A stretch of DNA of 44,290 nt from the NCBI RefSeq assembly GCF_001194135.2, contig NC_069001.1, forward strand, positions 39,023,554 to 39,067,843, written 5' to 3'. The notes below the pieces were generated by a model. That model saw only the letters and a list, made by a program, of their open reading frames with translations, searched no databases and was not told the origin of the DNA. How positions within the stretch are numbered: position 1 is the stretch's first letter; each line of letters starts with the position of its first letter. Of this stretch, positions 1 through 11,936 are shown piece by piece. Both the position numbers and the translations under genes were made by a program. Source of the DNA: Octopus bimaculoides (lineage: Eukaryota).

Positions 1-40
1 TATATATATATCATATAAATAAAATATATATAAATAAACA

Positions 41-322
41 AACGGGTACCCTTCACGTAGTTTTCGGGGATATTCAGCGTGACACAGAGTGTGACAAGGC
101 TGACCCCTTTGAATTACAGGCACAACAGAAACAGGAAATAAGAGTGAGAGAAAGTTGTGGTGAAAGAGTACAGCAGGGTTTGCCCCCATCCCCTGCCAGA
201 GCCTCGTGGAGCTTTTGGTGCTTTCGCTCAATAAACACTCACAACGCCCGGTCTGGGAATCGAAACCGTGATCCTATGACCGCGAGTCCGCTGCCCTAAC
301 CACTGGGCCATTGCGCCTCCAC
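41..322 (-). mobile_element. tRNA-derived SINE, family A (my label)
   Basis: Reverse complement of 245-322 reads GTGGAGGCGCAATGGCCCAGTGGTTAGGGCAGCGG...GGTTTCGATTCCC, with a pol III A box (TGGCCCAGTGG) and B box (GTTTCGATTCC). The body block cagcgtgacacagagtgtgacaaggctg..ctttgaattacagg recurs at about 43545-43590. Confidence 0.85.
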
Positions 323-530
323 ATGCTAGAAATAAGTAGACAAATAACTTTTCACACCCGATTGTTGCTTTCATATTTTATGGTGATATTGATCAACATT
401 AATTAACCAACAGTTATTTAACCAGAATGCAAATCTTACAAGCCATCCCGCCATTGTTGTTGACGATAGCCCAAATAGGATGGCCGACTGTTGTCTGCAA
501 ATGCTTAAGTAAATAAATAAGCTTACTCAC

Positions 531-694
<164 letters not shown>

Positions 695-993
695 GTATAT
701 ATATCCATACGTGCGAACACACACTCATATATAAGGGCCTGAAAATAAAGGGAGTCAAATCACCTGAAAGCAAGGCAACCTTGTAAGGAATCATGGCTTT
801 CGGTTTGTTTGGATGAATTCACAATAATCTGCTTCAACACGCAGATACACGCGCGCGTGCAACGTAAAGTATGGATCCCTTAATTCAACTTTTGGGCATT
901 TATATTCTTTCAAATAAACACAATCTGGTTTCCGTCCTGTTTCGCTCTCTGCATATAATTTATGTAATTTAATATAATATAATATAATATAAT

Positions 994-1029
<36 letters not shown>

Positions 1030-3218
1030 NNNNNNNNNNNNNNNNNNNNNNNNNNNNNNNNNNNNNNNNNNNNNNNNNNNNNNNNNNNNNNNNNNNNNNN
1101 NNNNNNNNNNNNNNNNNNNNNNNNNNNNNNNNNNNNNNNNNNNNNNNNNNNNNNNNNNNNNNNNNNNNNNNNNNNNNNNNNNNNNNNNNNNNNNNNNNNN
1201 NNNNNNNNNNNNNNNNNNNNNNNNNNNNNNNNNNNNNNNNNNNNNNNNNNNNNNNNNNNNNNNNNNNNNNNNNNNNNNNNNNNNNNNNNNNNNNNNNNNN
1301 NNNNNNNNNNNNNNNNNNNNNNNNNNNNNNNNNNNNNNNNNNNNNNNNNNNNNNNNNNNNNNNNNNNNNNNNNNNNNNNNNNNNNNNNNNNNNNNNNNNN
1401 NNNNNNNNNNNNNNNNNNNNNNNNNNNNNNNNNNNNNNNNNNNNNNNNNNNNNNNNNNNNNNNNNNNNNNNNNNNNNNNNNNNNNNNNNNNNNNNNNNNN
1501 NNNNNNNNNNNNNNNNNNNNNNNNNNNNNNNNNNNNNNNNNNNNNNNNNNNNNNNNNNNNNNNNNNNNNNNNNNNNNNNNNNNNNNNNNNNNNNNNNNNN
1601 NNNNNNNNNNNNNNNNNNNNNNNNNNNNNNNNNNNNNNNNNNNNNNNNNNNNNNNNNNNNNNNNNNNNNNNNNNNNNNNNNNNNNNNNNNNNNNNNNNNN
1701 NNNNNNNNNNNNNNNNNNNNNNNNNNNNNNNNNNNNNNNNNNNNNNNNNNNNNNNNNNNNNNNNNNNNNNNNNNNNNNNNNNNNNNNNNNNNNNNNNNNN
1801 NNNNNNNNNNNNNNNNNNNNNNNNNNNNNNNNNNNNNNNNNNNNNNNNNNNNNNNNNNNNNNNNNNNNNNNNNNNNNNNNNNNNNNNNNNNNNNNNNNNN
1901 NNNNNNNNNNNNNNNNNNNNNNNNNNNNNNNNNNNNNNNNNNNNNNNNNNNNNNNNNNNNNNNNNNNNNNNNNNNNNNNNNNNNNNNNNNNNNNNNNNNN
2001 NNNNATATATATATATATATGAATGTATATATATGTATATTTACACGCACTCACACACGCATACACCCCCTCACGCACGTATATATATTACACATGGACG
2101 CATGTATTTATCTATTACATGAGATTACACAATGATATCCGTGTGTTTATGCAATCGTTAAGTGAAGACTTTAAATAGCGATGACACACAGATTAGATCT
2201 GCAGGCAACGTCGTCATTATATCAAACCTATTCGGCCATTTTAGAAAATGAAAAATCTATTTTCGCTATTTGATCTGTGCAACCAGCCTCCTAATGAAAT
2301 TATTTGATAAAATAGTTGTAACTCACAAAATTATAATGGCTTTCCACTTAGTGTATCAATAGATTTCTGTGTGGTGTTGGAGATAACGATTAGACGAAGC
2401 AAAAGATGGCTTCATGTTTATGATTAATCTTCTGTTTGGACACAAATCAGCAATTATCCAGTTTGATTACCGTTATATAATGTCACTGAACCAGTTAAAG
2501 ATCTTCAATGAATGTCGTTGTTAGAGTTGTTGTTGCTGTTTAACCGTAGGCCAGCTCTGTTCCACCTGTGATCAGCACTGCTACATTGTCATTGTCAACA
2601 TCCGGCGATTTCTTGTTACATCCGGGAATACATTGTCGAATGAGTCGAAATTTTTCCCAGATTCTAGGGAGGGTCTACTTTAGGGAAAAACTGTCCCTTA
2701 TTTTTACCTACCTACCTACCTACATGCATACATACAAATAAATTAATGAGGAACTTACAGCTCTTGTACACTGACTATAGATTCACATTTCTTCCTAGCA
2801 TCGTAAGTTATGTACCGACAGCTTTAAGCAAAAACATAGAAATACTAAGATTTTTCCAAGGAAAGAGAGCAAACGGAGCTGACGTGGACTCCCCAGATCC
2901 AATCTGTAAGTGGGGCAGTGAAGCTCTGTAAGACATTCCGAAAATTCTCAACCTGAGATTCTTTAGGTGAACAGATGCAGACGCTTGGGAGCATGCATCG
3001 ACAACTCAACCAAATATTTACAAACACCGAGAACGCTCTTAACTGAAAGAGTCTTGTCACTTTGTTAGCGATCAGCTTGAACTCACGAACTGAAATAAAC
3101 GAAAAGAAAAATACACGCAATGCATATGTACACCCCCNNNNNNNNNNCCCCACACACCTATGTATATTCCTTTATTCTTTTACATGTTTTAGCCCTAAGG
3201 CTGTGGCCATGCTAAGTC

Positions 3219-3398
3219 ACAGATTATCGAAGAGGGAACTTATTGTGGGCTCTGTATTACTTGGTATAGACTACGGAAGAGGGCGCTTTGGTAACCCTGT
3301 ATAACTAATTATAGACTATGAAAGAGGGGCTACGGTGGTCCTGTGTTAGAAAGTACAGATTATGTAAGACGGAGCAAAGGTAGCTCCCTGTTGTATTA
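3219..3398. repeat. degenerate minisatellite, about 45 bp x 4
   Basis: Units start at 3219, 3266, 3311 and 3355, each with a(c/t)aga(t/c)ta followed by (g/a)aaga(g/c)gg and ending near ctgt...ta. Confidence 0.75.
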
Positions 3399-4250
3399 AA
3401 ACTGAAAGGAACCTAATAACAGACGCAAAACATTGGCAACACAATTGCAAAGTTGTAGAATCCTAAGCAAAAACGCAATGGTTTATTTACGTTAGAGTTA
3501 ATCAATAATGAGTTTTCTTCTGTCCTGTAAGAGATCTATTTCTAGTGAGACGGCACATGAAACTAGTTTCCACCAGCACAAACCACCAACCTAGATATGT
3601 TCAAATGTTTTAATTGATTTCCAATTGAGTGAAAATTTTAAATAATTTACTATAATTGATTCGAAATGTCAACCTGGAGAGTAGAGTGGAATAAGTTTGG
3701 CAAAACAAGGCAAGAGCAAGATCGATTTTTTGAATTGCATGAGCACCAAACGCACGNNNNNNNNNNNNNNNNNNNNNNNNNNNNNNNNNNNNNNNNNNNN
3801 NNNNNNNNNNNNNNNNNNNNNNNNNNNNNNNNNNNNNNNNNNNNNNNNNNNNNNNNNNNNNNNNNNNNNNNNNNNNNNNNNNNNNNNNNNNNNNNNNNNN
3901 NNNNNNNNNNNNNNNNNNNNNNNNNNNNNNNNNNNNNNNNNNNNNNNNNNNNNNNNNNNNNNNNNNNNNNNNNNNNNNNNNNNNNNNNNNNNNNNNNNNN
4001 NNNNNNNNNNNNNNNNNNNNNNNNNNNNNNNNNNNNNNNNNNNNNNNNNNNNNNNNNNNNNNNNNNNNNNNNNNNNNNNNNNNNNNNNNNNNNNNNNNNN
4101 NNNNNNNNNNNNNNNNNNNNNNNNNNNNNNNNNNNNNNNNNNNNNNNNNNNNNNNNNNNNNNNNNNNNNNNNNNNNNNNNNNNNNNNNNNNNNNNNNNNN
4201 NNNNNNNNNNNNNNNNNNNNNNNNNNNNNNNNNNNNNNNNNNNNNNNNNN

Positions 4251-4290
<40 letters not shown>

Positions 4291-5891
4291 ATACTTGCAT
4301 GTATACACATATAAGTATATATATATCTAATTTTATATAGACGCAGGTAAACATGTACTTACAACCATATACGTCTGTGTGTGCAGGTGTGTTTATGATG
4401 TGTTTGTGTGTGTGTGTGTGAGAGTGAATGTGTGTGTGTGCGTGTGTGTGTTTATGTGTGTATTTGTATGTGCCCTCTAGCTTTATAAATGTGAGCAGAA
4501 ACGTATATGGGAAATTTTAAATAACAGATATGCAAACCTGCACAATGAACTTCTGAACAAACATATGAACATCTATCTCTGTATGTGTCTGCCTGTCTGT
4601 CTGAATGCCTGCCTGTCTGTCTGAATGCCTGCCTGTCTGTTCATCTATATCTATACATGCATGTATGCATACATATTTACACACATACATGTGTATATAT
4701 AAATGTATATATGATCCGCATAATTTTACATACACACAAAAAAAGCAATTATTTGGTAAGGTAATTACAACTTATGCAGACAAAATTATATATACATATG
4801 TATGTATATATACTTATATATATATATATATATATATATATNNNNNNNNNNNNNNNNNNNNNNNNNNNNNNNNNNNNNNNNNNNNNNNNNNNNNNNNNNN
4901 NNNNNNNNNNNNNNNNNNNNNNNNNNNNNNNNNNNNNNNNNNNNNNNNNNNNNNNNNNNNNNNNNNNNNNNNNNNNNNNNNNNNNNNNNNNNNNNNNNNN
5001 NNNNNNNNNNNNNNNNNNNNNNNNNNNNNNNNNNNNNNNNNNNNNNNNNNNNNNNNNNNNNNNNNNNNNNNNNNNNNNNNNNNNNNNNNNNNNNNNNNNN
5101 NNNNNNNNNNNNNNNNNNNNNNNNNNNNNNNNNNNNNNNNNNNNNNNNNNNNNNNNNNNNNNNNNNNNNNNNNNNNNNNNNNNNNNNNNNNNNNNNNNNN
5201 NNNNNNNNNNNNNNNNNNNNNNNNNNNNNNNNNNNNNNNNNNNNNNNNNNNNNNNNNNNNNNNNNNNNNNNNNNNNNNNNNNNNNNNNNNNNNNNNNNNN
5301 NNNNNNNNNNNNNNNNNNNNNNNNNNNNNNNNNNNNNNNNNNNNNNNNNNNNNNNNNNNNNNNNNNNNNNNNNNNNNNNNNNNNNNNNNNNNNNNNNNNN
5401 NNNNNNNNNNNNNNNNNNNNNNNNNNNNNNNNTATATATATATATATATACAGACACACACACACACACATACAGACACATGCACATACCGATACGTATC
5501 CATATTTTGATATCCATGTATGTATATGTGTACTTATGTGTGTGTGTGTGTGTGTGTGTGTATTAATATGTATGTATGGTTGTGTATTGTTGTTTTTGTA
5601 ATTCTTGTGTTAGACAAAGACATCATTACGACCAATTGAATTTCTCTCGCACAATTTATTAGCTTCATTCACAGACCTGAAGAAAATGGTGGAAGCAGCA
5701 GAGCTCCATGAAAAGATATTAACTTTTATGCGGTGCCTCACACTGCTTTCTCATCATCATCATCATCACCATCTTCGTCATCATGATGATCATTATCCTC
5801 CTCCTCCTCCTCCTCCTCCTCCTCACCATCGTCATATTTCTCATATCTCTCTTCCTCTCTTATTTTGTACAATCCTTGGTTGTTTTACGAA

Positions 5892-5975
5892 TTTCAATCA
5901 TTTGTCTGCGCCCGTGCTGGAGCAATGCATTCAAGAAGTTCGTTTTGGGGGACTTTCTCATCTGTCCCAGTATCA
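5892..5975 (-). mobile_element. 3' tail fragment of SINE family C
   Basis: tttcaatcatttgtctgcgcccgtgctggagca closely matches tttcattcatttgactgcggccgtgctggagca at about 27447-27480. Confidence 0.55.
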
Positions 5976-7044
5976 GTTTCTCGAATTAAACATCATGTAT
6001 TAAACGTGATACAATATAAACACTTAGTTTATTGAAATGATTTCCGCTTCCAGTGAGGGTAGAACAATTGCTTGGTGGCGATTAGGATCAACCCCAAAAA
6101 GAGTAGGGGAGATAATCTCAAACATCAACTGTTCTACGAACTTGATACAACACAGTTTGCCATAACTGTCTTCAGCAGAATAGACATTTGAGCATACAAA
6201 ACAAGAGAACATATTTATGGCATCGGTAATTTGCATAAATGTAACAAAAATCAGCCTAGACACACAAATACAGCCTGGTCAATACAAAGTGATGCCATCG
6301 TTTGATTTTTCTCTCTGAGAAGCCCTGATGTAGCCTTAGAAATGTAGCCATAGAAATGTAGTCATAGAAATGGCCCAATTTTTCTCCACAACAATGCACG
6401 TATAAGATTCCAATCGGTTCCATCCTGGCCATTCCATCATAATCGGTGCTGAACAACTAAAGGTTTCCCACTGGGAGACTAACCGTGGTCAAAGATTTCG
6501 ACATCACTTTTTTTCTTTTTGCATATATTTCTGAACGGATACCCAAAGTACGGCGGAGATTGTTGGTGAAATCGCCCCGGCCTATCCAGGTGTTTTACGA
6601 CTAGTAACCCAGGTCGGACTTACAGCAACCAAAACAACAACAACATACACACACACACAAGCATGTATAAGTATGAAGGGGATTGCTTCATCTTGTCACA
6701 TTCAGCCTGATTTTTCTTATTTAATTTCGTCTTTACATGTGAACGGTAATCCACCTCCATAAGGATTGATCAAATACGAAACGGATCAAGACACGAAACG
6801 ACGTCAGTGAATTCAAGTGACATAAGCTTGCTCAACACACTTGCCACTCTCTCGGTCGCCAGAGTAAGTTTCAGTGACGGGGAAGGTGACTGGTACTACT
6901 TTTGACTGCACGACTTATTAACAGAGTATCTTTCTCCTCGAAGAACTGCCTTCCCCACAACTTCGCCAAAAATAAACGGCAATCTCTTGTATCCCGAGGA
7001 AATCGATTTCATACATCGATAGGATCCTGACAGGAAATACCGTT

Positions 7045-7155
7045 CCGGGTCAGGAAGGACCTGAAACTATTGGTAATCAAGAGGTGACTCCACGTTTCCC
7101 ACAGCTTCAGAACTAGAGCGTCACCACCGGTTGCAGTTTAACGTCATACCCAAGA
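7045..7155 (+). repeat. probable interspersed repeat fragment, family unassigned
   Basis: gaggtgactccac...cagaactagagcgtcaccaccggttgcagtttaacgtcatacccaagac resembles a common cephalopod repeat as I recall it. Single copy in this window, so not verifiable here. Confidence 0.35.
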
Positions 7156-7273
7156 CATGCACCCAGGAGATGAGTGTATATATGTGTGTGTGTGTATTGT
7201 GTGTCCGTGTGTGCACGCTTATATATACATATGCATATATATAGATATGCATATGTGTGTGTATATATATATG

Positions 7274-7313
<40 letters not shown>

Positions 7314-7615
7314 CATATATGCATGTATGTATAAAGTAAACCAACGATCGATAAGGTGGGTGCGTGAAGGAAGCAAATGTCAGATAAGCAACGATTAAAC
7401 AAGCGTAATGAATGCAGGATTCTGCGCCAGTCAGGGTCTCACGATTAGCTTCGTCGATATGGAATTTATTTCATGGATTGGCACCGATCTGTAACTGCTG
7501 CTTATTAATCAAGAGGTGTATTCCTTCACACATCTGCAAGTATTGAATACTTGCTACTTTTTTGTTAAATTACTTGTAAAGTATCATGATATACACACAT
7601 GCATATATATGTATA

Positions 7616-7648
<33 letters not shown>

Positions 7649-7698
7649 GCAGGTATCTATTTATATGCGTACATGTTTGCGTATTTATTATATGTATG

Positions 7699-7701
<3 letters not shown>

Positions 7702-7796
<95 letters not shown>
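7702..7796. repeat. (CA)n microsatellite
   Basis: Long perfect CA run. Similar long runs at about 21182-21272 and 36925-37023. Confidence 0.98.
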
Positions 7797-7797
<1 letters not shown>

Positions 7798-8046
7798 CTA
7801 TATGCATATGCATGTTGTCTGCTTTTAGTAGAGGTAATCAAAGAGGAATGAAAACGAACCGAGATTTAATGAATTGTGAAGTCTTGCATCGTTGAATCCC
7901 GTTGATAAATTGATGTTGCGGCCATAATTAGCCAGCGCATCCTCTGTTGCTATGGCTGAATAATGTTAAATTGGTCGTCATTGTTATAGAGACATTTCTA
8001 AAGCTGCAGCTGTTAGCACATGCTACCAAAGCGTGACCAAACTCAC

Positions 8047-8089
8047 CAACTACGACGAAATTCTGTCGAGAACTAATTTGTTCCGCCAT
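8047..8089 (-). CDS. candidate first coding exon, MAEQISSRQNFVVV+G (phase 1); gene unidentified
   Basis: Minus strand reads aatATGGCGGAACAAATTAGTTCTCGACAGAATTTCGTCGTAGTTG|GTGAGT: A at -3, G at +4, 43 coding nt and a consensus donor. An in-frame upstream ATG at 8101 gives MSSN. No downstream exon was identified; it could lie in a gap. Confidence 0.4.
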
Positions 8090-8126
8090 ATTTGATGACA
8101 TCACTTCCGCTCCTCCGCTCACCAAT
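8083..8126 (-). promoter_or_regulatory. housekeeping-type promoter motif cluster
   Basis: Within 44 bp: ETS/GABP CGGAAGTG (plus strand CACTTCCG, 8102-8109), CRE-like TGACATCA (8096-8103), YY1-like AAATATGGCGG over the ATG (8083-8093) and CCAAT (8122-8126). Locally CpG-rich. Confidence 0.4.
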
Positions 8127-8495
8127 TGTTCTTACTCCACAGGATTCTGCGGTGTTTTGCAGTTTTATAGATTATCTGATTAGAGCGTCATCGATCACAA
8201 ATTTCAGCCTTGGTCTTCATTTACTGCTAATCCTAAACCAATAAGTGATAAAGTCTTTCTACTGAAACTGGTCATGTTAGAAATAGCAGCCAAGTCTCCC
8301 TCATATGACACTCTACTGTCTAAAAATTGTCATATCGGTATGGGAAAAATAAGAGATGGCGGAAATTCATGGCTTTGTTCATATTCTTGAGATATCAGTT
8401 AAACAACAAACTCTGTCAGTCTGTCTGTCTGCTTATCTACCTACCTGCCTGCCTGTCTGTCTGCCTGCTTGTCTGTCTGTCTCTCCGTCCATCTG

Positions 8496-8556
<61 letters not shown>

Positions 8557-8802
8557 TCGTGATATATTGTTAGCGTTAGAGGACTCTGGCTCTCGCTCTG
8601 GCATGCTGGCGCTCGCGACTGAGGACGAACCAAATAGCTCGAAACGGAGTCAGTCTTACGATTCTGTTACCTGCTACAGGGTGGTAGGGGTTCGCTTCCC
8701 ATGCTAGCAATTTATTGTGCGTAAAGTGTGCAGAGTCGCGCCGACAGCCAGCTGGCGGAGAATAGTAACATTCAACAGCCACTTTGATGTGGCGACTGTC
8801 TT

Positions 8803-8845
<43 letters not shown>

Positions 8846-9071
8846 TATATCTTTATATAACAAAAGATGTCATATATCATTGAATATCAGAAATAAATAT
8901 CGATAATGGAATAACACCTGTAACAAATTAATTAAAATTTTCACACTGATGACGTCATTGTCATCTGTTGAACGCATCACAATTTTACATCTTCTTCACC
9001 GATTAATAGAACAGGGAACCACTTTATTCCCACCAAATCTGACACCTTGCAAGCTTTTCTCCTTTCAATTA

Positions 9072-9191
9072 AAGACATTACAATGTCCTGTTTGTCCTCT
9101 CCAGACAGTTTAAGACATCACAATATCCTATTTCTTATCTCCATCCAACTTAGGACATCACAATACTCTACTTCTCTTCTCCAAACACTTA
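9072..9191. repeat. degenerate minisatellite, 40 bp x 3
   Basis: Units start at 9072, 9112 and 9152 with a(a/g)gacat(t/c)acaat, and each carries tctcca near its end. Confidence 0.8.
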
Positions 9192-9382
9192 AAGGCCTGT
9201 CCCCCCCACTGTCCCCCCCCGTCCCAACTCTTCTGTCCAGTCAATGGAATATATACTCTGCCACAACCCATCTCCAGGCAATGTTGTATAAATTGGAAAC
9301 AATTTATCTGTGCATTGTGAAATCTTTTATTTCATAAATCAATTATTTGCTGTTATTCTTTTTTATGTTGGTTTTCTTGCAG

Positions 9383-9444
9383 GTTTTTCTTGTGGTTTTT
9401 GTTTGTATGAAAATCTTTGCAGCACAAAAGCCGATTGTTACCGA
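9383..9444 (+). CDS. candidate internal exon (G)FSCGFCLYENLCSTKADCYR with PSI-domain-like Cys spacing
   Basis: Acceptor ttttcttgcag|G and donor CGA|gtaaga, 62 nt, phase 1 to 0. The C-G-F-C-x5-C-x5-C pattern equals the CGWC-x5-C-x5-C of plexin PSI repeats. Caveats: the sequence is T/G-rich, a second frame is also open (VFLVVFVCMKIFAAQKPIVT), and no partner exons were found. Confidence 0.3.
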
Positions 9445-9630
9445 GTAAGATGTTGACAAGGTTGAGATCATAATTTATTAACTTATATCTTTTCTCCATT
9501 AAAATGGCAACAATGGCGATGTATTGTGTCTGCTGTATTCACAACATTTAGACGCTAAAATCAGTCACCTCATAATCTATCATCTTCAGATAGCTAAGTC
9601 TGTCTGTCTGTTTGTCCCTTTGTCTATCTG

Positions 9631-9686
<56 letters not shown>

Positions 9687-10395
9687 ACAAAGCACTTCCC
9701 TTCACAACAGTTGTCTTCAGTTAACACAATTGGACAGAAATATAAACAAATGGTGATTAACAAATGCGATGTTAATTATTTAATTATTTATTCAGTTTAG
9801 AATTTTGCGGCGAAATAGTTTCCCATATTTCATAATTCTCTGAAATATGAAATATAGGAAAAGATAATGAAGGCGAATCATTAATTAATATATTGTTGTT
9901 AATCAACGCCACCACCACCACCACCACAAACACGTCCCTCGTCGAATGAAGAGTTTTTGTTTCGGCCGTTGTATTTCCTCTCCTTTTGTTGTATCAATTT
10001 ATAAGATTTCAGTCAAGAACGAACAACGAACCCTGTTTAACAATTCCTCTCGAAGCTCCAGGGACTGTGATAACATCATAATTAAATTTATTTCTAATTA
10101 GACCATGTAGATTTTCGAATTTCCATTCTGGCCCTTCTTCTTCTTATAGGTAAACGTCTCCGTCGTGTGACATTTTCAAACGAACACTGTTTTCTCAATG
10201 AACAGACAAACAGCCGACTAACATCCGCACACACTTTGCTTAGCATCAGTGATGGTGGTGGGGGGAAACAGTGGAGATTATGAAGAGACTGTTGAAGTGA
10301 TGTGTCAAACCTAGCGTAAACATATGAAATGTCAGTGAGTGAGAGTTGCAGGGGCCAACTCGAGCGTACAATACACTTCAATTTAATAGTGCTCC

Positions 10396-10396
<1 letters not shown>

Positions 10397-10445
<49 letters not shown>

Positions 10446-10655
10446 CAATATTGATGACGATGATGATGATGATGATGATGGTGGTGGTGCTAAAGGTGAT
10501 GACTATAATAATAATAATGATGAAATTAATGATTATGATAATTGTATTGTAAAGGATAATAATCACAATAATAATATTAATGAAGATGAGGATATTGATG
10601 ACAATGGTGAAAAAAGTAATAATGGTGATGATGATGATGATGATGATGATGATAG
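10397..10655. repeat. compound (AAT)n/(GAT)n trinucleotide repeat
   Basis: Directly visible. It is the source of the poly-I/poly-M ORFs in the track. Confidence 0.95.
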
Positions 10656-10660
10656 CAATG

Positions 10661-11560
10661 AACAGGTACTTATCTTGTACAGAAGAGCGGATGCTGCGAC
10701 TTTTGTGCAAACACTAAAGCAACAGGAAATCACATTCTATTGTCAAGGAAGCTTGCAAATTCGCAAGGGAACTCGGCATTAACCCTGAATTAGACGAAGA
10801 ATCGGAAACCACTGCCACCAAACAAACAAAGCGAATCAAATAGACTTCAAAAAAGAAACAAGTTGAGGTGCGGTGGAGCGAGAAGCCTCTGCATGGACAG
10901 TATCTACTTCGAAATCGAAATGCTGATTTAGACCAAGCAATAACCTATCAGTGGTTGAGAAACTCAGGACTGAAAGCAGAAACTGAAGGTTTCCTATTGG
11001 CCGCACCAGACCAAAGCTTGCTTACCATAAATTACCAGGCTAACGTTCTTCAAAACGGTTCTGACTCTAAATGCAGATTCTGCGATACATTTGACGAAAC
11101 AATAGAGCATCCCTTCTCAGGATGTCCTGTGCTGACATCAAACGCCACGATAGGATAGGACAGTACTTACATTGGATAATATGTAAACACTACAAAATCG
11201 GCACTCCTGAATATATTAATCGATATGATAGATTTTTGCATAGGATCTCATGCCGTGAGTCTGAACACCTACATGAAAAGAACTGATGGGAACTTATGTC
11301 ACCGTTGTTTGGGATTTTAGTATTCAGACTGATTGTGTTTCACAGGACAATAGAGCAGGTATTGAAATATGAAGCACGCTGACAAAACGTGTCCGCTCAT
11401 AGATATGTCAGTCCCAGCAGACTGTAGCACTTCGTTGCCAGACTAGACATGCTAGAATAACAACCAAATCTCCTTGAAATCCCATTCATTCGCAGAAAAC
11501 GGAAAGTAACTTCGTACATGTCGTCTTAGATATCAACCGTGGGGTGATCACATTTGGAAC
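10661..11560 (+). mobile_element. decayed RLE-type non-LTR retrotransposon fragment, R4/Dong-like (post-RT region, CCHC knuckle, endonuclease)
   Basis: One frame with two internal stops reads NRYLSCTEERML...WSEKPLHGQY...WLRNSGLKAETEGFLLAAPDQSL...KCRFCDTFDETIEHPFSGC. After frameshifts come DRIGQYLHWIICKHYKI, WDFSIQTD and KTCPLIDMSVPAD. This is the CxxC-x7-H-x4-C knuckle followed by the PD-(D/E)xK region typical of R4/Dong ORFs. Confidence 0.85.
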
Positions 11561-11866
11561 ACCTTTGCTACGAGGTATGAGGTTTCAGGCCTGACCTCGA
11601 GCTAAGCATCAGCAGCAACAACAACAACAACAACAACAATGACAATAATAACGACTGTAGCGAGACTCGTCCATTTTTGTTATACGAAAAATAATAAAAA
11701 GCACGAAGCCATTTTCCCCGAGATTCTTTCATATAAGTTTTATGGGTTGATTGGATGAGAATCAAATCTGTTGGCCGTGAAGAACGAATTCAATTTAGTC
11801 TTTAGCTTACCAATCATTAAAGAAGCATATTTCATCTCTCTGTCTCTGTCTCACACACACACACAC

Positions 11867-11936
<70 letters not shown>

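Noticed and set aside
2746-3110. Several AG/GT-bounded segments, including plus-strand (G)EQMQTLGSMHRQLNQIFTNTENALN*
   Set aside because: No consistent phase chain, no recognisable domain, and equally plausible readings on both strands.
6190-6300. IYGIGNLHKCNKNQP, loosely like the Penelope RT motif YGLPKIHK
   Set aside because: Too few identities and no flanking RT motifs.
7536-7554. Perfect 9-bp inverted repeat GCAAGTATT-G-AATACTTGC
   Set aside because: Short, isolated and compatible with chance in 44 kb of AT-rich DNA.
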